In this document: piece after piece, positions 45,762 through 55,755 of the stretch
Layout: each line of letters begins with the position of its first letter
Position numbering within the stretch: position 1 is the stretch's first letter
Virus record (IMG/VR): IMGVR_UViG_3300021256_000066
Location: 32,001-96,000 of that record
Length of the DNA stretch: 64,000 nt
Source: a virus
Taxonomy: Duplodnaviria; Caudoviricetes
Strand: one strand, 5' to 3'
Translations under genes and position numbers: made by a program
Notes under the pieces: model-generated
Databases searched by the model: none
Seen by the model: the letters and a program-made list of their open reading frames with translations, nothing else
What the model was told of the DNA's origin: nothing

Positions 45762-46271
45762 CTACTCTCCCGCCGACGGGAGGTCTCCCTCACCCGTCGT
45801 TCCGAGTTTGAACGGCAGGTCGCCCATCAGTTCTTTCGAGCGGTAGGCCGCCAACTGCCGTCGCAGGTCGGCCACCTGTTCCTGCAGGTTGTCGATCAGT
45901 GCCTGCTTGTCGGCAATCCGTCCGTCTTTGTCGGCCAGCAGTGCGTCTTTGTCCTTCAACTGAGCCTTCAGTGTAGCGATGGTCTCGTTCTTTGCCGCGA
46001 GGGTGCCCTTCGCGTCGCCCTGTTCGGTCGGCTCATCCACAACAAGCATCTCCCCCTCACCGTGCATCAGCCAGTTGGCCGAGATACAGCCGTAGGAGCG
46101 CTGCACTCTCACGCAGATATTGTCGGTCAGCACTTTCGGGTCGCCTTTCAGCATCCGAGATACGTTTGGCGCCGTCGAACCGATGGCGTCCGCCATGTCT
46201 TTTTGGGTATGCAGATACCCGTGGTCACGCAGATAGTTGAACGCTGCGTTCATCCGTTCCTTCTTATCCAT
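45762..46271 (-). CDS. CI-like repressor (HTH plus coiled coil)
   Basis: TQKDMADAIG...NVSRMLKG...ISANWLMHGEGEM. Confidence 0.85.
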   Translation of the reverse strand: MDKKERMNAAFNYLRDHGYLHTQKDMADAIGSTAPNVSRMLKGDPKVLTDNICVRVQRSYGCISANWLMHGEGEMLVVDEPTEQGDAKGTLAAKNETIATLKAQLKDKDALLADKDGRIADKQALIDNLQEQVADLRRQLAAYRSKELMGDLPFKLGTTGEGDLPSAGE

Positions 46272-46329
46272 AATAACTAAAATAAGTTAAATAATAACCT
46301 AAGTTGCGATGGATAATAATATTAATTCT

Positions 46330-46460
46330 TATCTTTGCAATCCGTAAGCAAGTAGTAAACTACGAACTAATCGGGCAAAAGAATAGCCGTTGACGCATAA
46401 AGTTCTAATCCACAAGACATTTGCGCCACTTTGCAATACCAAAATCCAAGCGCAAAGATA
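46330..46460. promoter_or_regulatory. Face-to-face promoters of the lysis/lysogeny switch
   Basis: TATCTTTG on + at 46330 and on - at 46453-46460. Confidence 0.6.
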
Positions 46461-46511
46461 CGGCTTTCTTCCCGATTATTGTAAGATAGGTGTAAACTTT
46501 TTAATTAATTT

Positions 46512-46757
46512 ATGATTTGCGAAAAGGTAGGAAGAGCCGAATGGCAGAGTATGAAAGTGGGTGATGTCCGTATCTATACATTACCTGACGAGAAGGCAAA
46601 GGAAGCCGCACGGGTGGCCGCTCAGGCCGTGCAGAAGAACGACCGGTACGACTTCCAGCGTTTCTTCGAGCAGGATTTGCGACAGTTGTTGGGTGGTGAT
46701 TTCGATGCCGTGGTGCCGAACATGGACACGACCATCGCATTCAAACGTATCAGGTAG
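46512..46757 (+). CDS. Small protein in the cro position
   Basis: 81 aa, divergent from the repressor. Confidence 0.7.
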   Translation: MICEKVGRAEWQSMKVGDVRIYTLPDEKAKEAARVAAQAVQKNDRYDFQRFFEQDLRQLLGGDFDAVVPNMDTTIAFKRIR

Positions 46758-46761
46758 GCGT

Positions 46762-47073
46762 ATGAACATCGAACTGAAAGACTTGTTGTCGCTGATGACC
46801 GATGCGGTGGATGCAGGCGTACAGAAGTACGTGCGCTCTTGTGACCCGCAGGCCGACTATATCAAGCAGGCCGAGGCAAAGCGCTACCTGCAGAAGCTGG
46901 GCTTCAAGGCGGCGATGCTGCAACGGTGGGTCGATGGCGGACTGCTCACCCCCGTGAAGACGAGTGACGCGCAGAATGCGTCGGTCATTTATTCGATGGC
47001 GGACATCAAGGCGCTGGTCAGTTCGGTACGTCTGAAGACCCTTACCAACAAGTCGGACCACGACTATATATAA
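46762..47073 (+). CDS. Putative excisionase-like DNA-binding protein
   Basis: YIKQAEAKRYL...LQRWVDGGLLTP...IYSMADI. Confidence 0.55.
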   Translation: MNIELKDLLSLMTDAVDAGVQKYVRSCDPQADYIKQAEAKRYLQKLGFKAAMLQRWVDGGLLTPVKTSDAQNASVIYSMADIKALVSSVRLKTLTNKSDHDYI

Positions 47074-47255
47074 AGGTAGGTATGATTGCCGATGGTCCTA
47101 TCATCCACTTTTCGCCCGCCGACGCGCCCGACCTGCCTGAGCTCCACAATCCGAAGGAGCTTCAGCCGAAGAAACGCGAGACACCAGGGCCGAAGGACTG
47201 GCAACCGATAGGCGACATCTGGTGAAAACAGAGAAACAATAATTCATCAATCGAT

Positions 47256-48947
47256 ATGGGAATAACAGTGTTAATTGTATTCGTACTTGCAATAGCAGGG
47301 GCAATCGTGTGGTTCTTCATCAAAAACAAGAAAGAGCCGAGTGTTCAACCGGAGAAGCCATCAGAGGCTGCCTCACAGCCTTCAGCGCCACCTGTGGATG
47401 ACACATCAGCGCAACAAGAACAGCCGAAGGAAGAACCGAAGGAAGAGGTAAAGGAAGAGCAGAAGCCAGTGGAGGAAGAGAAACCAGTGGTCTCCAAGCC
47501 AAAGCCTGATGACAAACCCAAGCCCATTCCCTTTGATGACAAACCAAAGTATGACGAGGAGTTTGAAGGCTACCTTGACAAGTATAGCCAATTTGCTAAG
47601 ATAGAGAGGGATTCTTATACATATAGATACTTCTATGAGCTGTTCATAGAGGCAAAATCACAGTTGCGGATAGACACTTCTCATGGGTTGCCTATCCTTC
47701 TGAAACAAGAAAACTTTCCCACTCTCTACGAATGGGGAGACGAAGGCGATCCAAAGAAAGCACAAGACTCTCTTATTGGCTGGCTATTCGCTCTGCAACT
47801 TGCAGAACTGAAGCCCTATTACAGGGCAGACATCTTCAAGGTAGGCTATGAGATGGGTGGCTATGATAAGTATTCTAATATCTACGGCTATAAGTTTGAA
47901 CTTGACCCGAATGTTATGCGTATATTGGCTGGTGCGATCTACCCCGCAATGAAGGGTTTTTGCAAGCCAGTGACGGAGACTCTGAGAAGAGAGGTGGAAG
48001 GCTCAAAGTATAGCAAGACATTAGGTCAGCTATACACAGATGAGAAACGTGATAACGTGGCACCGAGTGGATTCTTTACTGACTTCCGTGTGTTCATGCC
48101 TACAGCACCGGCTCCATACCTCTCCACATACAGCAAGAGAAGCGACAGGACTTATCCCAATGAGCCGAGGGATGAGTATGACAATCTCAAGATTGACCGC
48201 CAGATTCACGAAATGATAGTAGAGGCATACAACCTCAATCAGCCAGAGCACTACCAGGAGGTAGTGCAAGCCATAGCCGACAAGGAGGCTAAGAAAGAGC
48301 ACCTGTTTGGTAAAAACGTTAATACAAAGCATTATCACTTCCACCCTGTATTCGGTGAGGACACGATTGGTGTTGAACTACCCTATGATGGTGTACTTGG
48401 TGACTTTGCATACCTATGCCTGCAGACCGGCAGCGCATCAAGGGGAATACTACAGAGTGCCACGATTACACCTCCGCAGTATGGCAGATTAAGACCTGGG
48501 TGTAGTTGGAGTCAAGAGGCAAAGAAAAACTCTAAAACTGACGACAGGAGGAATATCCTCACTAACTTTGAGATTGAGGATGGTGATGGATCACCAACAG
48601 GCTACTATGACAAGAATGGTAACTGGGTATATATGAACGGGATTCATAATCCCGCAGAGTTTGAAGAGTACCAGAAGACACATCTATATGCCAACTCATA
48701 TCCAAGTGGTCATTCAAGTGGTATGTTCTGCTGTTCAATGGTATTGATGGAACTGATGCCCAACAAGGCAGACCTTATTCTGAAAGCTGCCAACCAATAT
48801 GCAGTGAATCGCACGATTGCCCGTTACCACTGGACATCGGACACTATCAACGGAAGGGTGCTTGGAAGTGCCACCAATGCAATATGCCATGCGGCGAGCG
48901 ACTATTACAAGATGCTGAAAACCATCGAGAAAGAGTTGTCGTGTTAA
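47256..48947 (+). CDS. Membrane-anchored PAP2-superfamily phosphatase/haloperoxidase-like protein
   Basis: N-terminal TM, Pro/Glu/Lys linker; GRLRPG, SYPSGHS, NRTIARYHWTSD. Confidence 0.8.
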   Translation: MGITVLIVFVLAIAGAIVWFFIKNKKEPSVQPEKPSEAASQPSAPPVDDTSAQQEQPKEEPKEEVKEEQKPVEEEKPVVSKPKPDDKPKPIPFDDKPKYDEEFEGYLDKYSQFAKIERDSYTYRYFYELFIEAKSQLRIDTSHGLPILLKQENFPTLYEWGDEGDPKKAQDSLIGWLFALQLAELKPYYRADIFKVGYEMGGYDKYSNIYGYKFELDPNVMRILAGAIYPAMKGFCKPVTETLRREVEGSKYSKTLGQLYTDEKRDNVAPSGFFTDFRVFMPTAPAPYLSTYSKRSDRTYPNEPRDEYDNLKIDRQIHEMIVEAYNLNQPEHYQEVVQAIADKEAKKEHLFGKNVNTKHYHFHPVFGEDTIGVELPYDGVLGDFAYLCLQTGSASRGILQSATITPPQYGRLRPGCSWSQEAKKNSKTDDRRNILTNFEIEDGDGSPTGYYDKNGNWVYMNGIHNPAEFEEYQKTHLYANSYPSGHSSGMFCCSMVLMELMPNKADLILKAANQYAVNRTIARYHWTSDTINGRVLGSATNAICHAASDYYKMLKTIEKELSC

Positions 48948-49327
48948 AACGAGGTGATGATGACGGAGCGCATGGTAATGATAGCGATAGAACTGTTTGC
49001 CATGCTGGCAGCAGTGTCGCTCTTTTGGAACAAACCCGACAAACAATAATGAAACCCCGTTGCAGACCAGCCGCCGACGCTGCGGGGAATAATGTATAAA
49101 ACTATAAAACTTATGAAACCGATTATGAACAAAGAGACAAAGACAACGGAGCCAGACCGAAGGGGACCGTCGATGACCGACGAGTCGCCGACACCGAGTA
49201 TCTGGTACAGCTGAGTCGCGTCCGACCAACGATTCTGACTCCAGCCCCGCCGTCATCCCATTCTTGATGCTACGGCAGCCTACCACAGACGGCGGGGCAT
49301 TTTCAAACATTCAAAAGAAAAGGCGAT

Positions 49328-51610
49328 ATGCGAACTATTTTGCTATCACACAACAAGACAGCCTACGAGAAGGTGATGCGGGCATTCGAGACGAGCCGCA
49401 TGACCTGCGTGTGCCACCCGACGGGTACGGGCAAGTCGTACATCGTAGCAGCCGTGGCGGAGTCGTTCGACAAGGTGCTGATACTGGCACCCAACAACTT
49501 CATACTCCAGCAGCAGAAGAGCATCCTCGACTGGCACGGTGGCATCGACTACCGCAACTATTCTTGGCTGATTAAGAACGTATGGAATGTCACTGAGAAG
49601 TACGACCTGATAGTGCTCGACGAGTTCCACCGCGCCGGTGCCCAAGAGTGGGGTGCTGCCGTCTCCCTGTTGTTGGAGAGTCAGCCGCAGGCGAAGATAT
49701 TCGGTACGTCGGCAACCCCCATCCGCTATTCCGAGGATGAGCGCGACATGAGTGACGAGCTGTTCGACGGCCATGTGGCCAGCTATATCACCATTGCCGA
49801 GGCATGGACGGTTTACAACATCCTACCAATACCTCGCTATGTCAGTGGACTGTTCCGATGGGACAAGACTATCAGCGAGGCACAGGAGCGCATTGAGCGC
49901 AGCCGTAGTCTGAGTGACAAGGAGAAGCGCGAGCGCATCTTCCGACTGAGCAATAAGCGACTCGACTGGGATTTGTCGTATGGGATGCCGACTATTCTGA
50001 AGAAGCACATGGATAAGGATGCCCGTCGCGTCATCGTGTTCTGTGCCCATATCGAGGACTTGGAGCAGATGCGTCAGCAGGTTTGCCGTTGGTTCCGCGA
50101 GGCGGGCTTTACTATTGCCAGCATCAGCATCCTGCACAGCAAACTAAAGGATAGTGAACAGCACGAGCAGATGAACAGATTCGAGGACGATAGCACTGAT
50201 GGCGTTAAACTGATGTTTGCTATTGACATGCTGAACGAGGGCATCCATGTGCCCAATGTCAGTGCGGTCATCATGCTCCGTACAACCGAGAGCCGTATCA
50301 TCTATATGCAACAGATGGGGCGTTGTCTGACCGCTGCCAACACAGAGAATCCGCTGGTATTGGATATGGTGGACAACATCACCACAACGACGGCCATCAA
50401 AGACTTGCAGATTGAGTTTGACCGCTTGGAGCATATACAGGCCGAGCGCGAGGGACGCGAGCCCCGCAAGTTTGAGGTAATAGATTATACGCTGGGGGTT
50501 CGTGACCTTATCAGTAAGCTGGTTCCTCAACGGGTCGTGATGACCGCCGATGAACGTCTGGCACTGGTCAAGCAGTTTATCGCAGACAACGACCGCCAAC
50601 CCGTTCAAGGTAAGGATAAGGAGATGTTTGTTCATTGGCGGTGGCTCTGTATGTATGCCGCCGATAACGAAGAGGTTAAAGCACTCCGCCGCAAGTATGG
50701 TTATATACCTGTGACGATAGACGAGGCAGTAGCCGAATTAGAGGCTTATCATCAGCGCACAGGACTGTTTCTGTCGTTTCCCAACCAAAGAGAAAACAAG
50801 GAGGTTGAACGGCTGAGCGGAATATGGCAGCGGCTGCGCAGGAATCATCCGAATCACCCCGTAGTGTCTGCGTGGCTGAAACGGCTGGAAGAGCAGAAGG
50901 CCGCGAAGTTCACAGAGACGATGCAGAAGGTCAGGCAGATGGCTGAACGTGGCGAGAAGTTCATGAAGACCAACGAATATCTGTTTCTGCACCGCAACTA
51001 TGCTGACCACCCAGAGTTTGTGGCTTTCTACAAGCAGTATTGTAAGCAGAATGTCATCATGACCGTTGACGAACATCTGGATGTGCTTGATGCGTTCTGT
51101 CATCATACTGACCGGCTACCAACCCATGAGACCGACGGACAGGCATACAACTCGTATAACTATCTGCGGCGGCATTGTGCTGATCATCCACGACTGAAAG
51201 CCATCGTTGAGTGCTACCATAAAGACAACAAACTGGCACGTCGCAGGGCAGAAGACCTGAAAGCCATCGAGCAGTTTTATTGCGAGAACGGCTACCTGCC
51301 GCTGACACGCACATCACTCGGTCTGAGATGGTCGAGACTAAAGCGGTCATACCCCGATGACCCTGACGTGCAGCGCATCGAACAGAACTGCCGCTATAAG
51401 CAGACCCGTACAGCCTATGTGAAGGAGGATGTTCGGATATACTGTGAGATGAACGGCGAACTGCCGACGAAAACAAAGAACCGCCAGCTTTACAATCAAT
51501 GGCGCGGTCTGCGTATGCGACATCCACACGACCCAGACGTACTGGACCTGATTGCCAAATACGGTAATCCAAGACAACAGCCAAGGAAGAATAAACAAAA
51601 GCAAAAATAA
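49328..51610 (+). CDS. SF2 DExH helicase with helicase-associated C-terminal repeats
   Basis: PTGTGKS, LDEFHR, SATP, MLNEGIH, QQMGR. Confidence 0.9.
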   Translation: MRTILLSHNKTAYEKVMRAFETSRMTCVCHPTGTGKSYIVAAVAESFDKVLILAPNNFILQQQKSILDWHGGIDYRNYSWLIKNVWNVTEKYDLIVLDEFHRAGAQEWGAAVSLLLESQPQAKIFGTSATPIRYSEDERDMSDELFDGHVASYITIAEAWTVYNILPIPRYVSGLFRWDKTISEAQERIERSRSLSDKEKRERIFRLSNKRLDWDLSYGMPTILKKHMDKDARRVIVFCAHIEDLEQMRQQVCRWFREAGFTIASISILHSKLKDSEQHEQMNRFEDDSTDGVKLMFAIDMLNEGIHVPNVSAVIMLRTTESRIIYMQQMGRCLTAANTENPLVLDMVDNITTTTAIKDLQIEFDRLEHIQAEREGREPRKFEVIDYTLGVRDLISKLVPQRVVMTADERLALVKQFIADNDRQPVQGKDKEMFVHWRWLCMYAADNEEVKALRRKYGYIPVTIDEAVAELEAYHQRTGLFLSFPNQRENKEVERLSGIWQRLRRNHPNHPVVSAWLKRLEEQKAAKFTETMQKVRQMAERGEKFMKTNEYLFLHRNYADHPEFVAFYKQYCKQNVIMTVDEHLDVLDAFCHHTDRLPTHETDGQAYNSYNYLRRHCADHPRLKAIVECYHKDNKLARRRAEDLKAIEQFYCENGYLPLTRTSLGLRWSRLKRSYPDDPDVQRIEQNCRYKQTRTAYVKEDVRIYCEMNGELPTKTKNRQLYNQWRGLRMRHPHDPDVLDLIAKYGNPRQQPRKNKQKQK

Positions 51611-51750
51611 TGATTATGGAACAGAAGAAAAAGGATGAAATGACCGATGCCACCCGTGCCGCATTTCGCGATGTGCTCGATATCTATTATGCGCAAGGTT
51701 TTGAAGCAATGCTCGACAAGGTGAAGGAACTAAGCGGAGTGGAGAGGTGA
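51610..51750 (+). CDS. Small hypothetical protein
   Basis: 46 aa, overlaps the helicase stop. Confidence 0.5.
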   Translation: MIMEQKKKDEMTDATRAAFRDVLDIYYAQGFEAMLDKVKELSGVER

Positions 51751-51752
51751 TT

Positions 51753-52715
51753 ATGAGCAAGACATTAAAGATACTTTCCCGACCAAAGGGGAATGCCGAG
51801 GAATACGGACGATGGAGCGTGAACCCGTACATCGGATGCAGTCACGGCTGCCTGTACTGCTATCTGAAGAAAGGCCCGTCCGGGGCCTATCTCGGGCAGG
51901 ACAAGCCCGTGCTGAAAAAGGGTGTGGTGAGCCAGGGACATGCCTACCATCTGGCGATGGCGGAGATTATCGAGAATCGCGAGGAAATCGTGAAAGACGG
52001 CGGGCTGTTTATGACGTTCACAAGTGATCCGTATCTGCCGGAAACACGCAAGTTGACATCATGTATCGTTAAAGAGTGCATACAAACATACAAGGTGCCA
52101 GTAACCCTTCTGACCAAGCGTGCAGACTTCTTGCCGCTTGTGAAAAATCCAAGATTTGAAGATGTCGAACGCTGCAAGGAGTGGGCAACATCAGTCGGGT
52201 GTTTTGTAAAAGAGTTGGAAACGCTGAACAAATTACTCGCTACGGGATTTACCTTGACTGGTCACGACGAACTGGAGCCTAATGCTTCGCCAAACGCAGA
52301 CCGCATTAAGGCAATGCGCTTCCTGAACGAACTGAAATTGAACGTCTGGGCATCCATCGAGCCGGTGATCGACTTCCCTTCTTCGCTCGACATGATATAC
52401 CAGGCACTGAACGCTGGATGCCAGCACTTCAAGATCGGACTGCTGACGAACAACACTCGTGTGGTGCGCAAGGACTTCCAGATAGGCGAGCATCAGTTCA
52501 AGGCTTACGATTTGCGCGGCCTCCTGCACTTCGTCGATGACGTGATGCGGATGACCGACGGCAAGGCGACGGTGTATTGGAAGCAATCGGTCGTTGACTT
52601 CTGTACGACGGGAGCTGCGCATTACAGATTCTCCGAGAGAGAAGTCAGGAAGGCGATTATGGATTACCCGCACTCCGTCGGCAAGGACTGGAGTATGTTC
52701 AAGAAGGAGGACTGA
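51753..52715 (+). CDS. Radical SAM protein (SplB-like)
   Basis: NPYIGCSHGCLYCY, TSDPY, LTK, ASIEPV. Confidence 0.88.
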   Translation: MSKTLKILSRPKGNAEEYGRWSVNPYIGCSHGCLYCYLKKGPSGAYLGQDKPVLKKGVVSQGHAYHLAMAEIIENREEIVKDGGLFMTFTSDPYLPETRKLTSCIVKECIQTYKVPVTLLTKRADFLPLVKNPRFEDVERCKEWATSVGCFVKELETLNKLLATGFTLTGHDELEPNASPNADRIKAMRFLNELKLNVWASIEPVIDFPSSLDMIYQALNAGCQHFKIGLLTNNTRVVRKDFQIGEHQFKAYDLRGLLHFVDDVMRMTDGKATVYWKQSVVDFCTTGAAHYRFSEREVRKAIMDYPHSVGKDWSMFKKED

Positions 52716-52718
52716 CCT

Positions 52719-53123
52719 ATGGCAAAGAAAAAGAACCAGAAGACATCGACAGAGATGCTGCAGGAGATGGCCGACGACTTCGGCAGGATGGCGGAAGACA
52801 TGAAAGCGCTGATGGAGGGCTATATCGGACCGACACAGCAGGAGTACATCGACAAGATCAATGCCGACTGGAACGGCTATAACTTCATCGTCGTCTTCGG
52901 TCACGTGTACCGTCTGACCAACGAGAAGAAATACAAGGAGAACGGCTCGCTGCGCTGCCCCTGCGAGGTGTGCGAACTGAACGGCAGTTGCTGTCAGGAC
53001 TCCGACAAGACGCTCTGCGGCATCCTTCGTGCTGATACCGACGAGTATTTCTACGATGCAGGCGAGCTGGTCATCGACAAGCGCGGCAAGATGAAGGTTA
53101 AAAAATGGTATGGTGATAAATAA
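52719..53123 (+). CDS. Cys-rich hypothetical protein
   Basis: 134 aa. Confidence 0.7.
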   Translation: MAKKKNQKTSTEMLQEMADDFGRMAEDMKALMEGYIGPTQQEYIDKINADWNGYNFIVVFGHVYRLTNEKKYKENGSLRCPCEVCELNGSCCQDSDKTLCGILRADTDEYFYDAGELVIDKRGKMKVKKWYGDK

Positions 53124-53135
53124 AGACTAAGATAT

Positions 53136-53346
53136 ATGGCAAAGAAAGTATTTCTCGGAAATGGACTAAGCCGCACGGCGATGGTGTTCAAGATTGCGAC
53201 GCTGGCAGGACATAAGCTGACAGTGCCTGAAATGAACCGCATCAAAGATATCAACCCCCGCGCCCTGGAGCGAGTCTATGACTCCGTATTGGGGGGGGGT
53301 AAGTAAGGGCGACGCGCTGTTTGCACTCAGACTTGTATTGAAATAA
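53136..53346 (+). CDS. Small protein truncated at a G9 tract (stop at 53306; G8 would extend it to 53346)
   Basis: MAKKVFLGNG...VYDSVLGGGK* versus ...LGGVSKGDALFALRLVLK*. Confidence 0.55.
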
Positions 53347-53367
53347 TATAAAGGTATATAGACGATT

Positions 53368-53955
53368 ATGGAAGAAGACATAAGACCGGAAGATTATGGC
53401 TACGATAGTGAGGCCATTGCTGAACAGGCACGGGAGATTCTGAAGCACAACAGGCCCTATCAGAAAATCTACGAGCAACTGGAGCGACTCGATCCACGAA
53501 CTGACTTCGTGAAGCGCAACTACCTGTTGACACAGGCTCGGCTGATGGAAGAAAATGAAATCAAGCGGCTGATGGATCTCACTAACAAGCGCCGTCAGGA
53601 CGTGCGTCGCATCGGTGACTATCTGGAGCAACACAACCCCGAGGACAGCGAGAAATATGAGACGTTGATGGCTGGCTTTGCCTTCCTGCTCGACATGATA
53701 GATTTCACGCTCCACGACATCAACGAAATCCTCTTCCGCAACAAGACCGACATCAAGATGGAGAACTTTCCCGAAATCGTGAAGTGCCGCAAGTTGGCAG
53801 AGGAAATGGCAGGTAATGACATCCAGAAGATGCCCGAATGGCAGCGCAATATGTGGATGTATGAGAGCGACCGTCTGTTCAATTACCTCAAGACGCGTTC
53901 TGCAGATTATCTCCGACGGGCCGAGCGGGAAGAGAAGAAACGTATCAAAAAGTAG
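53368..53955 (+). CDS. Hypothetical protein
   Basis: 195 aa. Confidence 0.75.
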   Translation: MEEDIRPEDYGYDSEAIAEQAREILKHNRPYQKIYEQLERLDPRTDFVKRNYLLTQARLMEENEIKRLMDLTNKRRQDVRRIGDYLEQHNPEDSEKYETLMAGFAFLLDMIDFTLHDINEILFRNKTDIKMENFPEIVKCRKLAEEMAGNDIQKMPEWQRNMWMYESDRLFNYLKTRSADYLRRAEREEKKRIKK

Positions 53956-53965
53956 CCGACTGACC

Positions 53966-55219
53966 ATGCCGAAACCGAAGGGAGTGATGAGAACGGCGCT
54001 GCCCGTCAGGCCACGAAGGAACGTGGCACTTGCGATGGACTGGCAGGGCGATGGCGACGGAGAACTGGCCGTCATCACGGCGGGTGCCGACGTGGAGTGG
54101 CTAAAGGAGATATTCACAAGTCTGTGCAGTTCCATGAACGGCGTGGCCAGAGGCTTCCGTATCGAGAGCCAGCGACCGCCGATGTGCCGCAACGGTTTCG
54201 TGAACGAGCGGCTGGCCGTGGTGCTGGAGGGCTACGATAGCAACCTGCTGATGCCAGACGGAGTACTTACGGTCGTGCAACTTATGTTGGAGCGCTACGT
54301 GAACGGAGGCTATGTGGACTGCTACCGGCTCGATGACCTGCTGAACCTGTCCGGGCGCGATGAATGGAAGATTATTGTGCCGCAGGCTATATCCGTGCCG
54401 AAGACCAGGCGTAAGCCGCAAAAGAGAAAGACCGGCGGGCTGTCGGCACGACCTGACAATGAAACAAAAGAGAAAATGGCAAACATATATTTGAGAGTAC
54501 CTTGGTATGTGGCTGCGTACTATCGTGGCCGAGAGGAGAACAACCAGCTGACCGAATGGCAGCCGGTGGAGTTCGCCGAATATACGCATGAGTATATGAT
54601 CCTTCAGAACAACCTGCGCTATATGCCGGAGCAGGTGCAGTCGCGTAACTGCTACTCGCAGCGGGCATGGAACAACATCCTGAAAGGCAAGAGCCCAGAC
54701 GGCAGTCAGACCATCCTGCGCCGCGACCCTGGCGAGTGGCCGTCAATACAGGAGGTATCGACGCTCATCGGTGCCGCCTGCCACGGCAAGCAGTCTGGCT
54801 CGGAGTACCTCTGTATCAGGATGCCCCGCGAGGTGTACTACAACAAGCATGTGTACCGCACCACTGCCGACTACTGCCTGTCCTACGACATCGGCATCCA
54901 CCTGTCGGCGGTGCTCATGCAGAAGTTCTGCTATGAGTACCTTGAGTGGACCGAATACCGCAAGGAGTTCTGTCGCCGTCAGGGGTTCAGGGCGAAGACC
55001 ATAGACATCGTGGAGATGTTCTTTACCCAGTTCAATTTCCCTGCGGCCATCCTGCCGACGGAGCGCGAGTCGCTCAGACGCTACCACACCCGCTGGCTCT
55101 CGAACGCCCGGCGACGAGCCGCCTACCACTACCAGTTCGAGGACACTTCTTTCCTTGAACACATCAGTGACGATGACCAGCGCCGTCTCGAACGCGAAAA
55201 GAAGAAAAAGGATTCATAA
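53966..55219 (+). CDS. Hypothetical protein (possibly two fused genes; internal start at about 54476)
   Basis: Long ORF; A-rich leader before MANIYLRVPWY. Confidence 0.65.
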   Translation: MPKPKGVMRTALPVRPRRNVALAMDWQGDGDGELAVITAGADVEWLKEIFTSLCSSMNGVARGFRIESQRPPMCRNGFVNERLAVVLEGYDSNLLMPDGVLTVVQLMLERYVNGGYVDCYRLDDLLNLSGRDEWKIIVPQAISVPKTRRKPQKRKTGGLSARPDNETKEKMANIYLRVPWYVAAYYRGREENNQLTEWQPVEFAEYTHEYMILQNNLRYMPEQVQSRNCYSQRAWNNILKGKSPDGSQTILRRDPGEWPSIQEVSTLIGAACHGKQSGSEYLCIRMPREVYYNKHVYRTTADYCLSYDIGIHLSAVLMQKFCYEYLEWTEYRKEFCRRQGFRAKTIDIVEMFFTQFNFPAAILPTERESLRRYHTRWLSNARRRAAYHYQFEDTSFLEHISDDDQRRLEREKKKKDS

Positions 55220-55252
55220 ACATAAACATGACAGAATAAAAATAAGGAAATT

Positions 55253-55723
55253 ATGAAACAAGAAGAGTATTTGTCTGGCATCAAGAAGCAGCAGAGTTTG
55301 ATTAGGAAGTTGTTTGCCAACCGCAAGCGCCGCTCAGAGGTGATTGACGAAATAACCCGTGAGCGCTACGGACACCTGAGAGGAAAGTTCTTTAAGGCAG
55401 GGGGTGAGTACTTTAAGAGGCAAGACGGCGTGACCTATTATATTGCTGCCGTGCATGGTGACAGCAAGGACACCGTTACAGACGAAGTGTCCGTCAGACT
55501 TGAATGTCGGTTTATCATGCCGTCGGCTGTTATTCCTGGCTTTCACATCGAGTGCGACGAAACCAACGACAACATCGGTTTCTATACAGAAACATTCCGA
55601 TTTGCCGTCACCGACAACCTCGACGACATCCTGGCACCACTCTATATCACAGAGGAAAAAGCTGCCAATGAGCTCAGGGTGATGTACGACAAGTTTGTCA
55701 GGAAATTCCTGAAGAAAGGCTGA
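55253..55723 (+). CDS. Hypothetical protein
   Basis: 156 aa. Confidence 0.7.
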   Translation: MKQEEYLSGIKKQQSLIRKLFANRKRRSEVIDEITRERYGHLRGKFFKAGGEYFKRQDGVTYYIAAVHGDSKDTVTDEVSVRLECRFIMPSAVIPGFHIECDETNDNIGFYTETFRFAVTDNLDDILAPLYITEEKAANELRVMYDKFVRKFLKKG

Positions 55724-55755
55724 AGGACAAATCATAACATATAATCAAAGGCGAT

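Noticed and set aside
49060-49300. Possible ncRNA (GCCCCGCCGTC...GACGGCGGGGC hairpin)
   Set aside because: A single hairpin with no recognisable family or second copy.
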